Source: Selaginella moellendorffii
Taxonomy: Eukaryota > Plantae > Lycopodiophyta
NCBI RefSeq assembly: GCF_000143415.4
Contig: NW_003314261.1
Coordinates: 4,986,360-5,050,359 of the forward strand
Length of the DNA stretch: 64,000 nucleotides
Reading direction: 5' to 3'
Numbering within the stretch: the first letter of the stretch is position 1; each line of letters starts with the position of its first letter. This document shows, piece after piece, positions 37,350 through 50,061 of the stretch. The notes under the pieces were generated by a model. It saw nothing but the letters and a program-made list of their open reading frames with translations, had not been told where the DNA came from and did not search any database. A program made the translations under genes and the position numbers.

Positions 37350-40300
37350 TATATTTGATTTCTAGATGAATAATTGCCATCAGCTGAATTTAATTTTTCA
37401 ATTGCAACTGCATAGTATTGAGCAATTGCACCAACTGCTATTCTAGAGTCAAAGGAGGAAGAAGCTGCTACTTCATCATGAAAATGAATAAAAAGAAACA
37501 AACAAAAAAAAAGTTGAGAAAAGTTAGAAGAAAAAAGAGACCTAGACAATGCAAAAGCTAAATCTAAACCAAAATCCCAAATCCCAGCACTCTTTAGATA
37601 CAATCAAAGTTGCCCCTCACTTCCACAGAATATGGAAAAAGAATATAAAAAATGTGCATCCCAATTAGCCCAAAAACCTCTTTTTATATACATGAGCGAG
37701 TGGTTCGGATTGAAACCAATCCGATAGCTACCAAAATCCCACTACACTAATATTAGTATATGGCATCGTACCTCACAGTATTTATTTAATAATATATGTA
37801 CTATCATTTTCTAGCATTTATAGTGTATGGTATAGCTCCTCTTGCTCTTGTTGCCAATCTTTATGTTGGGCTGAAGTTCTTTCGTGGGAATCCTAAGGAT
37901 GATACAATTAGTTTGAAATCCTGGGGATGATATGTACTATTGGTTCAATCACTTCATAGTGATTGCCATATATAATTTTTGAGATGATGCTCGACATTTG
38001 TGTAAATTTCCCATGTGTCTCCAAGGGATAGCATTATAGTGGTTTGAGTGCAGCCACTTGTGAATATTGGAGTATTCTCCCAGATGTCTTCAAACGCATA
38101 TTTGGACATATTGACAATTGTAATGATGCGTTCTAAAAATTGTATTATCTTTGTCAAGGGCCATCTAAGTCGGTGATGCAATTTGGCATTCATTTCCGAA
38201 ACTTTTTGCTTCATGCGGAGCCAAACATATCAGAGTGGATCAAACTAGAAATGTTATGGCCAGCATTGTGTCAAGATCTTGTGGGTATTGTGCATGCACT
38301 TGCTCCAGCTACCCTTGATGATGCCCTTTGCTTAGCACAACGTTATGAGGTGTCACTTCTTCCACTTCTCATCTTTTAGCTCTACTTCCTATAAGAGATG
38401 GTCTTATTCCAATGAAAGTTGATATTGCTATTACCCAAGTTCAAGGATAAAGGCGAGGACGTGGTCATGGCCTTGATGTCTGCTACTGGGCATGTGATGA
38501 AGTTGGTCACACTTATCAGTGTTATCGACATTTTCCGAATTAGTGACCTTCATTTCCTAGGTGGAGATCTTGGCGTTAATAATGTCCTATTAGTGCTGCT
38601 GCAATGGAAGGTCTAAATACCAAGATGCATCCAGGAAACAAAGAGTCACGCTGCACAAATAAATTAGTGACCTCTCCATCTTTCTTTTGAGAATATCATC
38701 AAAAGGTTCACTTGGCACTAATTCATATAGTATTTACTTTCCAAGCTCATTTTTATAACAAGAGGTTTTCTATTATTTTCTCCGTGTTGGTTAATACATG
38801 TTTGAGTTTATCTTCTATTGCTCGACCTATTGCCACACGTTATTGTCTACATTTGCACTGTGTAGCAAAGCCAATTTTCATTCTTTATAGTAACGGTTGT
38901 ACACACGCATATGCATGGGATAAGATGGACCTAGTTGTGTATATGGAGATCTTGAGCTTGAGTTACACACATTGGGAGTGCTGCCGAATTAAGCTTTTGA
39001 CTTCATCTTTAATATAGATTGGTTGTAGTGCAATCATGTTAAGTGTGACTTTGAGGCTTTTCCCTCTTATTTCATACTTCCCTATATTTCTTCCATTCCT
39101 ATCACTTCTATTCCTCTACTTTTATCACTTTTGTCTCCTTATAACTTCCTTTTATGTTTTTGTTTTGTTCCTCTCTTCCCTTTTTTGATCCCTCCAACAG
39201 TCTTTGTATTGTAGCGGTTGATCAACTCATGAAGGAGTATGTCAATCTCTTTGAATTTGACTTATTGTCTGGGCCTAGATTGCCACAAATCATCCTATTC
39301 CAACTGGGGATGTTCATCCAATCAAAGTTTTGATTCATCATCAGTCACCTAAAGAGATCAAGATTTTACATACAAACATCAAGGAAATGTTGGAAAAGGG
39401 TGTTAATAAAAAATTGTAGAGTCCTTGGGCATGTGAACCTCATCTTATGACGAAACCTAATAGAAGTATTCATTTTTACATTGACTATCGTCTGTTAAAA
39501 TCCTTATATGTACCCTCTTCCCTAGACTGCTGATTTCTTGGATTGTTTACAGAGAAGTTATTAGTTCATCAAGTTAGACCTTACTTTTAGGTATTGGCAA
39601 GTATTGATGGCTGAAAAAGATATCCTAAGACAGCCTTTTATACACCATTTAGTTTGTATGAGTTTTTGGTGATGTTGTTTGGTTTGAATAATGCTTTAGC
39701 AACTTTTCAATGAATGATGGATGACATTCGTTGCGATATGCCAGAGATGGTTATTAACTTCATCAATGCTATCTTAATCCATTCGAAAGGGACAAGAGAG
39801 GAACACATCTGTGATGTTTATAAAGTGTTGGATCAACTACGAGAAGTTGGTTTAAAGCTAAAGCGTTTGAAGTGCATGTTTAGGTCCAAAGACAAAACTT
39901 ATTTTAGGTACTATATTTTTTATCAAGGTTTGTAAGTTAATTTTGACAAACTTATGACTATTCTAAAATTCCCTACTCCGAAGTGTGTGAATAATGTGTA
40001 GTGCTTCCTGAGCAAGGTGCAGTATCTTGGTCATTTTGTTGATCATCTTTCTAATTGTACTACACTATTGTGAGCATTACTGAAGTCATTAATATCATCT
40101 TTCATCTAATCTGCAAATTATGAGTGGCATTTGCAAATCTCAAAGAGCTATTAACGACTCTTCTGGTTTTAGTGTATCTGACTATACTCGACCTTTCATT
40201 TTGTGCATGGATGCTTATGATATTGGTTTTGGATGTGTGTTGATGTAAGAGAGCCTAAGCGTGTTTGATCAGTGCCATCCTATTGCATATATTAACCTTA

Positions 40301-42225
40301 CATTACAACCAACGAAGGTGAACTACTCCACGACAAAGGAGTGTTTAGCAGTAGTTTAGGGTTTCAAGAAACTTCATGCATATTTACATTATTACAAGGC
40401 GATCATGCTGTAGTTACTTCATTATTGAAGCAGAGGAACTTGGTTGGCCATATTGCTCGGTGGGCTTTGAAGCTTTAGATATATGATTTTGATGTTGTTC
40501 ATTGCCTGGAGAGGCTTTATTGCTAATGCTAATTCTTTTCTCGAGCTCCTCTTTTTTTTTTGCTCTCTTCTCATATTTCTGATGAGCCTGTTATTCCAGC
40601 ATCTATGGATTTTTGGACAAGGATTTTGTGGTTATTGTACTTGACATTTAGTGTTCAAAAGGTGCAGAGAAGGATTTACATTCTTTTGACGAGGTTCGAA
40701 AGGTTCAAAAGATTGAGCCATGGATTTGAACACTTCACGATGGGTTTAAGAATCTTGCATTATTTGTTGATGACTTGCCATTTCGACATTTACATTCCCA
40801 ATATTATGTTGAGTATAATTTTCTTTAATTTGTGGGGATGGATTCTAATAATCATTTACAGCTTGTGGTGCCTTCGATCTTCATTCCACGCTTTCTCCAT
40901 GCCAACCATGATTCTTTTATTTTAGGTGGGCATATAAGACATTGTCATGCCACCTAAAAGCTACGTAGATCTTTTTATTAGCTGAAGATATAACATGATG
41001 TTATCTAGTATATACATAATTGCATTTGGTGCCAAGCTCATAATACTCCCTCTCGTATTGCAGAAGGACAATTGAAGTCAATTAGAATTTCCCATATGAC
41101 ATTTGATTTGATGGGACTTTTTCCATGATCCACTATTTACAATGAGTATGTCATTATTACTTTTAATTACTTGACTCATTGGGTAGAAATTGGTGCTCTT
41201 GCTAGTGCATTTGTAATTGCTATTAAATACTTCTTCCTCAATCGATTGGTGTTCCAACATTTCTATTTGGAATAGATTCTTTTGGATAATAGTCTCGCAT
41301 TTATGGATGAAGTATTTCACATTTTGATGTTTCGGTTGGGGATATGCCACACTTTCACAAGTGTTTATCATTCATAATCAAACAATTTGGTGGAACAGCT
41401 CGTTTGGAATTTTAAAGGGATGATTACAAAGTATGTGAACTTTCAGCATTCGGATTGGGATGGTTATTTGCCGTCTCTTTGGTATGCATATGTCACAGGG
41501 GTGTAGAGTTCTATTAGCATTTCACCATATAAACTTTTATATAGTCATGATCCAATATTACCAATGGCATTTATCTTTGCGATTGCCACGATTGCTGATG
41601 CTAGGTCGTGAGATTAGTATTTGATAAGTATTCTTCTATTTGTTCAAGCAAGTCTGCTGAACACCTGGGCCACGTACAAGTGGGACAACAATAGTGCTAC
41701 AATTCCCATTATCATCTACCTGTGGAGTACAAAGTGGATGACTTAGTGTTAGTCCATTTCCCCCATCTTAAAGTATATGCTTTATCTAAGATGCTCTTTG
41801 CTCAGTGGAAAAGACTATATCAAGTTTTGCAACAAGTTGGATTGCAAGTTTATGAGGTTTAACATGATATCTAGTAGGCCAATCCTCCAAAAATTATGCA
41901 TGTATAATAGTTGAAATATTTCAACAAAAGGATCAGGAATAACTAACACGACCTATAGATCCACTAATGCTTCTTTTTGATGTTCCTCTAAATCCTGGCC
42001 TATCTATGAGAAAAACCCTAACGATCTTCCATCATTTCAAGAAGAGGGGACGATGTGAGGTCTAAGTGTACATGATGCCATATACTAATATTAGCATAGT
42101 GGGATTTTTGTAGCTATTGGATTGATTTCAATTTGAACCACTTGCTTTTATATATAGTCTAGGGTTTTTGGGCTAATTGGGATGCACATTTTCTGTATTC
42201 TCTTTCCATATTCAATACACTCACA
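37350..42225 (+). mobile_element. Family B copy 3: near full-length decayed Ty3/gypsy with inverted 5' LTR and leader
   Basis: gag-PR-RT-RH-INT remnants on + (37810-42000), PPT AAGAAGAGGGGA, and 3' LTR 42054-42225 (TG..CA). 5' LTR on - strand starting at 37777. TSD ATAC. Confidence 0.88.
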
Positions 42226-43401
42226 ATACCTAAAACTAAGTATATATTTTTAGCATTTAAAAAACTTTAAATTAATTTTATTTCTTATGTTAAATTATCT
42301 TAATATTAGAGTGAATTAGTTTAATATTTTTATTTTTCTCAAAAATAAAATATTTTTATATTAAATTAATTTTTTCAAAAATAATTGATGATATTAACAA
42401 TAAAACTTACATTAAAATTTTATATAGAATATGCAGAAAATTTATTTTTAAAAGAATTAGTTTATGGTTTTGATAGTTTAGATTTATATAAGAAATTACT
42501 CATTATAAAAATATTATATAGCTAGTTAAAAAAATTTAAATAGTTATAAATTGATATTTATAATACCTTTTTCTATTAGGGATGCAACTATATTAAAAAG
42601 TAGGTAACTCTTTCAATGTAATTTATTTTATTTTGAATTCTAAGAAGTCTGACAATTACTTTATTATTACTAGCTGTCTATAGCAAAACGTTTCCCAAAT
42701 CTTAGACATCTTTAAGTTATTTAAGTAATTTATTTTAGATCCAGATTGCTTTGCTAATATAATATTTCAAGGTTCATATAGACTATAATGTAGTATAGAC
42801 ATGCGGTAGAAAGTTATGAATAGCATGTGAGTTCACAATAAAAAACACATAATATAGCTATAATCATAGTGATTTTAGTTCCATTTATTTTATCAACCAG
42901 CTCAAGATAATTCCCATGGCCTTTATTAAATTTTAGCAATATTTACATTAAAATTGGTAAAAATCCTAGATAGAGAATAATTGTAAAATTATTATAGTGA
43001 TTCTAACTATGATTCAAGATGCTCATTTGGTAGTATGTTAAAAATAATATAAATGATATGTTATTTATTTACTATTTATGACAAACCATGACTTGGTTGT
43101 AATTTAAACTTGTCATTAGCTGAGAAGCTAGGTAAAAATAAAAATACTATTCATTAGAACACTCACTATTAAAAGCCAATGATTCTAAAATTCTAAAGAA
43201 TAAATTTCCACATGGAATAATATTATATCACTTAGATTGTATATAAAGGTTTTAAGAAAATATGTATTTTAAAATGATGATGATATAAAAAATGAAGAAT
43301 ATGCCAAGATCTAATTGAAGTTTTATATTTATTTTTTAGCAAGAAAGGAGATATCAAAAATATATATAAAGCTTACACTTTCTAATCAATTAATGTCACT
43401 T

Positions 43402-43677
43402 TGTGAGGTCCAAGTGTATAGCTACGATGCTATATACTAAAGCGTAATAGGATTTTGGTAGCTATTAGATTGGTTTCAATCTGGACCACTTGCTCCTATA
43501 TATAAGCTGATGTGAGGTTCAAGTGTACGGCTATGATGCCATATACTAATATTAGTGTATTAGGATTTTGGTAACTGTTAGATTGATTTCAATCTAGACC
43601 ACTCGCTCCTGTATATAAGTTAAGGTTTTTCAGCTATACATTTTCTGTATTCTCTTTCCATATTTCAAGCACTCATA
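43402..43677 (+). mobile_element. Family B solo LTR with tandemly duplicated 5' part
   Basis: TGTGAGGT starts at both 43402 and 43511. Ends ACTCATA and is flanked by the 4-bp TSD ACTT. Confidence 0.85.
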
Positions 43678-44403
43678 ACTTTAAATTATGAAAATTTATC
43701 ATCTTTTTATTGTTAAGATAATTATTATTTTAGCAATATTAACTGGTATGTTGAAAAAATAATTTTTACTTTTAAATTTCAGATGCATTCGATAAAATAT
43801 TAATTTCAGATGCATTGATCTCAGTACCTATTCCACCCATGGGGCAACAAGCAAAGACAAAGGTGGTAACACAAGCAGTCTTAACAAAATCAATTATGAA
43901 AGAACCTAATGATTGTAGTCCAACCTGGTGTTGTGCTTTAAGAATACCTCTTTGTTGTGTTTGTAATTGAAATATTGTAAAGTACTAATCATATCTTTCA
44001 CTTAAAATTGATTTATGTTTCTGTTAAAGACACTCCCCATAGTAATAACAGTTATGAGTAAGGGCATTAGGGATGTGCAGACTCAACAATGGCAAGCAGC
44101 TCATTTATGTACTCACAAAGTCGCAGTGCCAATGCTCCCTTGGGCTCCTCAATTGAACTGGCAGATATGGCATGGCATTTGTTCTAAACCTTGAAACTGG
44201 TGATCTAAGAAAGAAGACCTTTGGCCTTGGTGAGGTTAGTCTTTCGTTGGAAGATGACGACACTGAATGCTGTCTTCCCAATGGGAATGTCCGCCATTTT
44301 CTGTTTGTTGGCGAGGGCAGCGTTTTGCCTAGTCGCTCTAATCCACGTGGCGTACGATAAAACAAGCGAAGTCGTCGGCTTGAGCCAAGAAACAAAGAAA
44401 CTT

Positions 44404-46866
44404 CTACAACCTTTCTTCCTCGAGGAAACGATGGACCGATTTGGCAATGCACAGGGCGACTGACTGTGCGGTAACCATCGGGTTCACTCCCAGCGCCGTG
44501 GGGAACACGCTCGTATCCGCCACAAACAATCCCGTGGATTCCCACGCTTCCCCTCGGGGATCCACAGCGGAGCTCGCCGGGTCATTCCCCATCCGGCACG
44601 ATCCCATCTGGTGAGCGCTCGCGGTCGCCATTGCCGCGTGCGTCAGCTGCTTGGAGTCAATGACCCTCAAGAACTTCTCCAGCGCCTTCTCGTCCGAGCC
44701 CTCCACGACCAAGCTATCGCCATCCGGGTGCTGGGTCCCGACCTCCACTGCTCCAGCGGCAATCAGCACCCTGATGGCCTTCTCCGCCCCGGCCTTGAGA
44801 GTTTTCTCGTCCTCCGCACTTATCGTGTACGTGACCTTCGGGAGCTGGGAGCTCGAGCTCGAGCTCGGACGGACAGTCCCGCTTCCTTGGTCCCTGGTGA
44901 TGACGACTACGTGCGCAAGGCGGGAGTAGCGCAGCATTTGCTCCTTGAAGCTCAGTCCCGATCGCCAAGGGAACATGACGCCGAGGCCGCCTGGGTAGAA
45001 AGCCGGTACCTCAAGAACAGCGTCAGCGATTCTAGAGACCGCAGACATGATCGGCCCGTCCGAAATTCGACCTGCTGGGAGACCCTCTCCCGAAGGAACG
45101 TAGCCCCAGAGAAGTTGACTCGGATGGAGGTGGAGATTGGAGCCGATATGACGATTTACCAGTCCACTCTTTTGTAGCAGAACAGGCGTGTTTAAAGCAC
45201 CGCACGAAGTCACTGTAGCCTTGGCTCTGATGAAGAGGCTTTTTCCACCGCCAGTTGCGATAACTCCTCCAGCCTTCCACTGCTTTGCAGAGCGCAGCTC
45301 CCCTGGCTCAAGAAGAATCCTCTCAGCGTTGCAACCACACAAGATCACGGCACCGGCATCCACAGCGTCCATGAGCCAAGTCTCATGAGTCCCCTGCTTA
45401 GTCCTGCTCTTACATCCGAATCCACACAGCCCACACTTGTGCCTTCGGCCTCTGCAATTGGTGGGAATGGTCTCCACGTCGAGTCCAATCTTCTTGCAGC
45501 CGCTTCTCAGCACTTTGTTCTGGAAGCTCTCGTGCTCTTCTTCGTTGCCTAGAGTCTCAACCCCGAGTCTTTCACAAACTTTGTCCATTGCGGCCTCGTA
45601 TTCCTCCGACGTGAAGAGCTTTAGCCCGTGCACTGATGACCACTCCTCTCGGACAGCCTGCGGAGTCCGCAACGAGGCGGCCCAGTTCATGACGGTGCCT
45701 CCACCCACTGTCGATCCGGCCATGAGGTTGATGCCGCCATCCGCAGTAGTAAGGAGGCCTCCACCTTCGTACATTGCTCGCATTGACGGTCCTTCCAACA
45801 GGGAAAGCTGGTCGCCGACGTAGTACTTGCCTTTCTCGATCACGACCACCTTGTATCCCTTTTGAGAAAGAACCCCGGCACATACGCCTCCGCCGCAGCC
45901 AGATCCAATCACGACCACGTCGCAGTCTATAGCTAGCATCGCTTGTCCACTGCCACCATCGCCACCATCACGAACTTCTTCTGAAACTCGAAACTTCGAT
46001 GACGACAGGTAGTCAACGAGCTCGGCCGCCGAATTTTGGTGCACGTCGAAGACCCGCAGTGGAGGCCGCGGCTCTTCATTGTCGTCGGTCACCTTCGCAT
46101 CGTCATCGTCTTTAAGGCCGTTCCAGAGAGGATCGGGGACGGGATACCCAATCGCCTTCCAAGAGTCATTACGTCCTCTGGCATCAGCCTGCAGGAAACT
46201 GTGTATCAGATTTCTAAAGAAAAAAAGAAAGGAGCTTCTGGAAACTCTGTCAGATCTCTAGAGGCTACCCAGTGGGACACGAGGATGGACCCCAAACTGA
46301 GAGGACAGACAATCCCCGCGATCCACAAAAGAATTCCATGCTTACCTTTGTGAAGAACGCGAACATAGCGAAGCACTTGAAGAGCTTGTAGAGAGAATGG
46401 AACTGCGCGATAGAACCCCCGGACCAGCTCCGCAGAGTTCGCTCCCGATTGCTCGCTGGCAATCGCGCGAATCGGTGAAGAAATGGAAATTCGGCAGAGA
46501 ATGCGTGCCTCCCACAAAGAATGAGCGTTCCAATCCGCGAGGAAAGTAGCGACAAGACTCGCAAGACCCCGGCCTGCTGCGCGGAATCGAGGCACTCGAA
46601 GATCCAACCCGCGACCTGCTCCCAAAACGCAAGAAATCCGTGAATTCGTGCCCGCGGCAGCGAAATATCGCTCTTACCACCGCTGGAATCCCCGCATCGG
46701 ACGCCGATGTCGCAAAGAACGCTCGCTGCGCCTCCTCCTCGCATTCCAAAGCTCGCAATGGCAGCGCCGGGAGGAAGGTGTCGCAGATCGCGGCCACGGC
46801 CTCCAGCTGCGGCGGATCCAAGCTGTGCGCGAATGGAGCTTGCCCGCCTTGAAGATCCGGATGCAT
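44404..46866 (-). CDS. Long-chain fatty alcohol oxidase, FAO-b; exons 46866-46678, 46615-46346, 46188-44404 (about 747 aa)
   Basis: ICDTFLPAL, DSWKAIGY, VVIGSGCGGG, TVGGGTVMNW, CGLCGFGC, SAHQMGSCRMG and GVNPMVTAQS. Same intron positions as FAO-a. Confidence 0.95.
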
Positions 46867-46936
46867 GGCAAAACAATATAGGGTTTAAACTGAGTCAATG
46901 CTACACATATATAGTTTGGAGCCCCATCTTATCACT

Positions 46937-49277
46937 TTAATTAAAGTTTATGCCTTGAGCCAGAGGTAGAGTTTTCCCATAGTTGATAGTGCTGGAACAA
47001 GCAAAAAATGGAATGAGATCACGAGATCATCCAAAGTTTTGCAAGAGAATTTTCTCACCAAGTCGCTCTGTGCATGTACTGCTTCCATGAATCGCTTCCT
47101 GCTTCGCGACCGCCGCCAGTAGCCTTCTCACCGCCAAAAGCACCGCCAATCTCAGCACCGTTTGTGGGAATGTTTACGTTAACGATCCCACAATCGCTTC
47201 CTGTTGGCCTGGACGGATTGATCATAGAAGTTTCAGAAGAGACGAGAAACTTTCAATCGTGTTACCCGATCCACTTGAAGATTGTCTCGTGGCTCTTGGT
47301 GAAGATCGAGCTGCTGAGGCCTTGGGGGACCGAATTGTTCATGGCGATTGCCTCGTCCAGAGTCTGGAAGTTTTTGGAAACACACTGTGCTTAACGATGG
47401 AGAGATTGGTACCTTAAACTGGAAGACGTAGAGTAGCGGACCAAATAGCTCTTCTTTCACGACGTCTGCATCGTGAGAGATCTCCACAATGCTGGGAGTC
47501 ACGTAGTTTTCTCCAGGTGACGTTGTGGTACCCACCCCACCGGTTAAGAATTTCCCACCCTGTAAATCATCGGAGGAACAAAGCCCGGATCGCCAAACTT
47601 TAAGAAAAAAACAACAAAGTACCTGCGATGCGATTGCTTCTAATCCCTGCTCGAAAGCTTGCTTGGACTGAGAAGAATGCAGTGGTCCAACAAGACTGTC
47701 GTGCTTTAACGGGTCTCCAACTTTGAGCTGTCCATATGCCGTGACTAGCTTTTCGATAAAGTCTTTGTAAATTGCTTGATGCACAAACTGAGACAAACAC
47801 ACGACTTGAATGTTAGGAGGATAAAGAAAAAAAAAAAAGAGGAAGAAATAAACGCTCGAACCAAGCGACGACAAGTCGTGCATCTTTGTCCTGCCGTGCC
47901 GACGGCAGCAAACAAGACTGACCGAACAGCGAGAGATAGATCCGCGTCATCCATCACGACGATTGCGTTGTTGCCACTCAGTTCCAAAAGACATTTGCCG
48001 AATCTGGAGTTCACGTGACACTGGACGATCTGACCAACCTGTCAGTGGAGATTTTTTCACGAGGTAAGCAATCACCTAGAGAAATCGCAAGATTTGGCAC
48101 CAACCTTGCTGCTCCCCGTGAATGAAACCAAAGGTATCCGGCTGTCTTTTGCAATCGCTTCTCCAATTTCGGCCCCTCCACATATACATGTGAAGATCGC
48201 TCCGGGCAAACCGTTGCGCTCTAGCACCCCAGCTATGATTTTCGTCGTTGCGATCGATACGAGAGGTGTTGTTGGAGCTCCTTTCCTTGAGAGAAAACAA
48301 CAGAGAGAGAAAGGACAAGTTAAATCCAGGTGTTAAGCGAAGAAAGCAAAAAACAACTTACCATACAACGCAGTTGCCACAGACCAAGGCAATGCAAGCA
48401 TTCCAACCTGAGAACAAAGGCACAACAAATAAAAGTTTAACAAAGAAGAAAACTCATTCATCGTACCAAGTACAGCGCAGGGAAAATTAAAAGCAGTGAT
48501 GACTCCAACAATACCAAGAGGATTCCAAACCTGGACAAAGAAAAATCACTGAAATCGCGGCCAAAAGTGCAGATCACGATAATCAAACCTCCATCATCAT
48601 ATGGTTTGGTCCTGTAGAGAATAAGAACTAAACATTAGTAGACAAACGCCTTTTAAATCGATAGACTTACGTTCGGATGGTAGAATCAAGCCACTTAGCT
48701 GACGGCTCAGTCCCACCGCAAAGTCACACATATCTATCACTTCCTGAAAGACGAAGAGCATCAACAAAAGTACCAGCAAAGCTTTTAAGAAGAGAATGTC
48801 GTACTACCTGGACCTCTCCAATTCCCTCCACGAGAATTTTCCCCATCTCAAGCGAAATCAAGCGCCCCAAGTTCTCCAGGTTCTTCCGAAACGCATCGCC
48901 AATCTGCCTCACAATCTCTCCTCTCTTTGGAGCAGGGGTCTGGCAAACAATAAAACTTTGGATAAGTATCGGAGAAAACAAAAAAACAGAGAAGCATACC
49001 AGCATCCAGCTCTCGCGAGCAGATTCACAGGCCTTCAGACTTCTCTCATAATCCTCCAGCGATCCTTCAATGACGGTTGCGATCGGCTAGAAATCCCCCA
49101 AAAAATCGATCCAATGCGAGAAAAACCGATAGTTCTAACCTGATTGCTCGCAGGACTGAGGCTGGACACCGATTTCCCACCCGCGCGCCACTCGCCGCCG
49201 CCATAGCAGCCTTGATTCGTCGCCTGGAGGCCGAGATCCTCGAGAAACCGGAGCTCCGGGCGCGATCCAAAATCCAT
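46937..49277 (-). CDS. ALDH7B4: Aldehyde dehydrogenase family 7B (antiquitin)
   Basis: [40 protein letters not shown] and [30 protein letters not shown]. Confidence 0.95.
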
Positions 49278-49351
49278 GAGATAAGTGTTTTAATGCCGAT
49301 TGCGTGCTGGGGCTATAAACCCTAGGGCTTTAGAGGACGCCGCGAAGCGCA
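49278..49351. promoter_or_regulatory. 74-bp divergent intergenic region with TATAAA overlapping a near-palindromic telo-box
   Basis: TATAAACCCTAGGGCTTT at about 49314-49331, between the ALDH7B ATG (49277) and the CPN10 ATG (49352). Confidence 0.55.
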
Positions 49352-49942
49352 ATGGCGATGAAGGTGATCGCTCCCGCGAATAAGAAAATCCTTCCCTTGA
49401 TGTCCAGGGTCCTCCTCAGTAAGATCGAGAGCCACGCCGAGAAAACCAAGGCCGGAATCATACTGCCCACATCACACTACTCCGAGAACGAGGTAAGCTT
49501 TTCCTTTCCTTGATCGTTCTTCTTCTCGACTAGTTTCTTCCATAGTTTCTCATCCTTGATCTACTGGGGAGTTCTCATTGTTTCCTAGATCATTTTTCTT
49601 CGTCCTTCTCAACTCCATAGTTTCTTGCATAGTTTCTCATCCTTGATCTACTTGGGAGTTTTCCTTGATCTAAGTTTTCGATTCTATCGCAGGTAACAAT
49701 GGCCAAAGTGGTCGCTGTTGGCCCCGGAGAGGTGACCGAAGGTGGGAAACTCATCCCGGTGTTCGTCAAGGTTGGGGACACTGTTTTAATCGGAGAGCAT
49801 GGCGGACATAGAGTGAACGATGAGAAGTAAGCTTCCATTTCCATTCTACGTTTCTCTAACGTGATTCCTACAAATCTATTGGAAAATTCCCAGTTTGTAC
49901 CTCTTCAGGGACGAGGACATTGTCGGAATTATTCACGACTAA
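49352..49942 (+). CDS. CPN10: 10-kDa chaperonin (CPN10/HSP10, mitochondrial type; 3 exons)
   Basis: ILPLMSRVLLSK..KTKAGIILP | AKVVAVGPG..VKVGDTVL | LYLFRDEDIVGIIHD*. Confidence 0.88.
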
Positions 49943-50061
49943 TGCTGCTAGACGCAAACGAAAACAATCGGATTTTTCCTTCTTCCTAGACGTAGAAACA
50001 TTAGATGCCAGAAACTAGCTAGAGAGTGTCGCCGTGAGCTCGGTTTGAGAGGTTTTGCTTA

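Noticed and set aside
46866-46939. ALDH7B-FAO stop-readthrough fusion protein
   Set aside because: The 70-nt spacer is not a multiple of 3.
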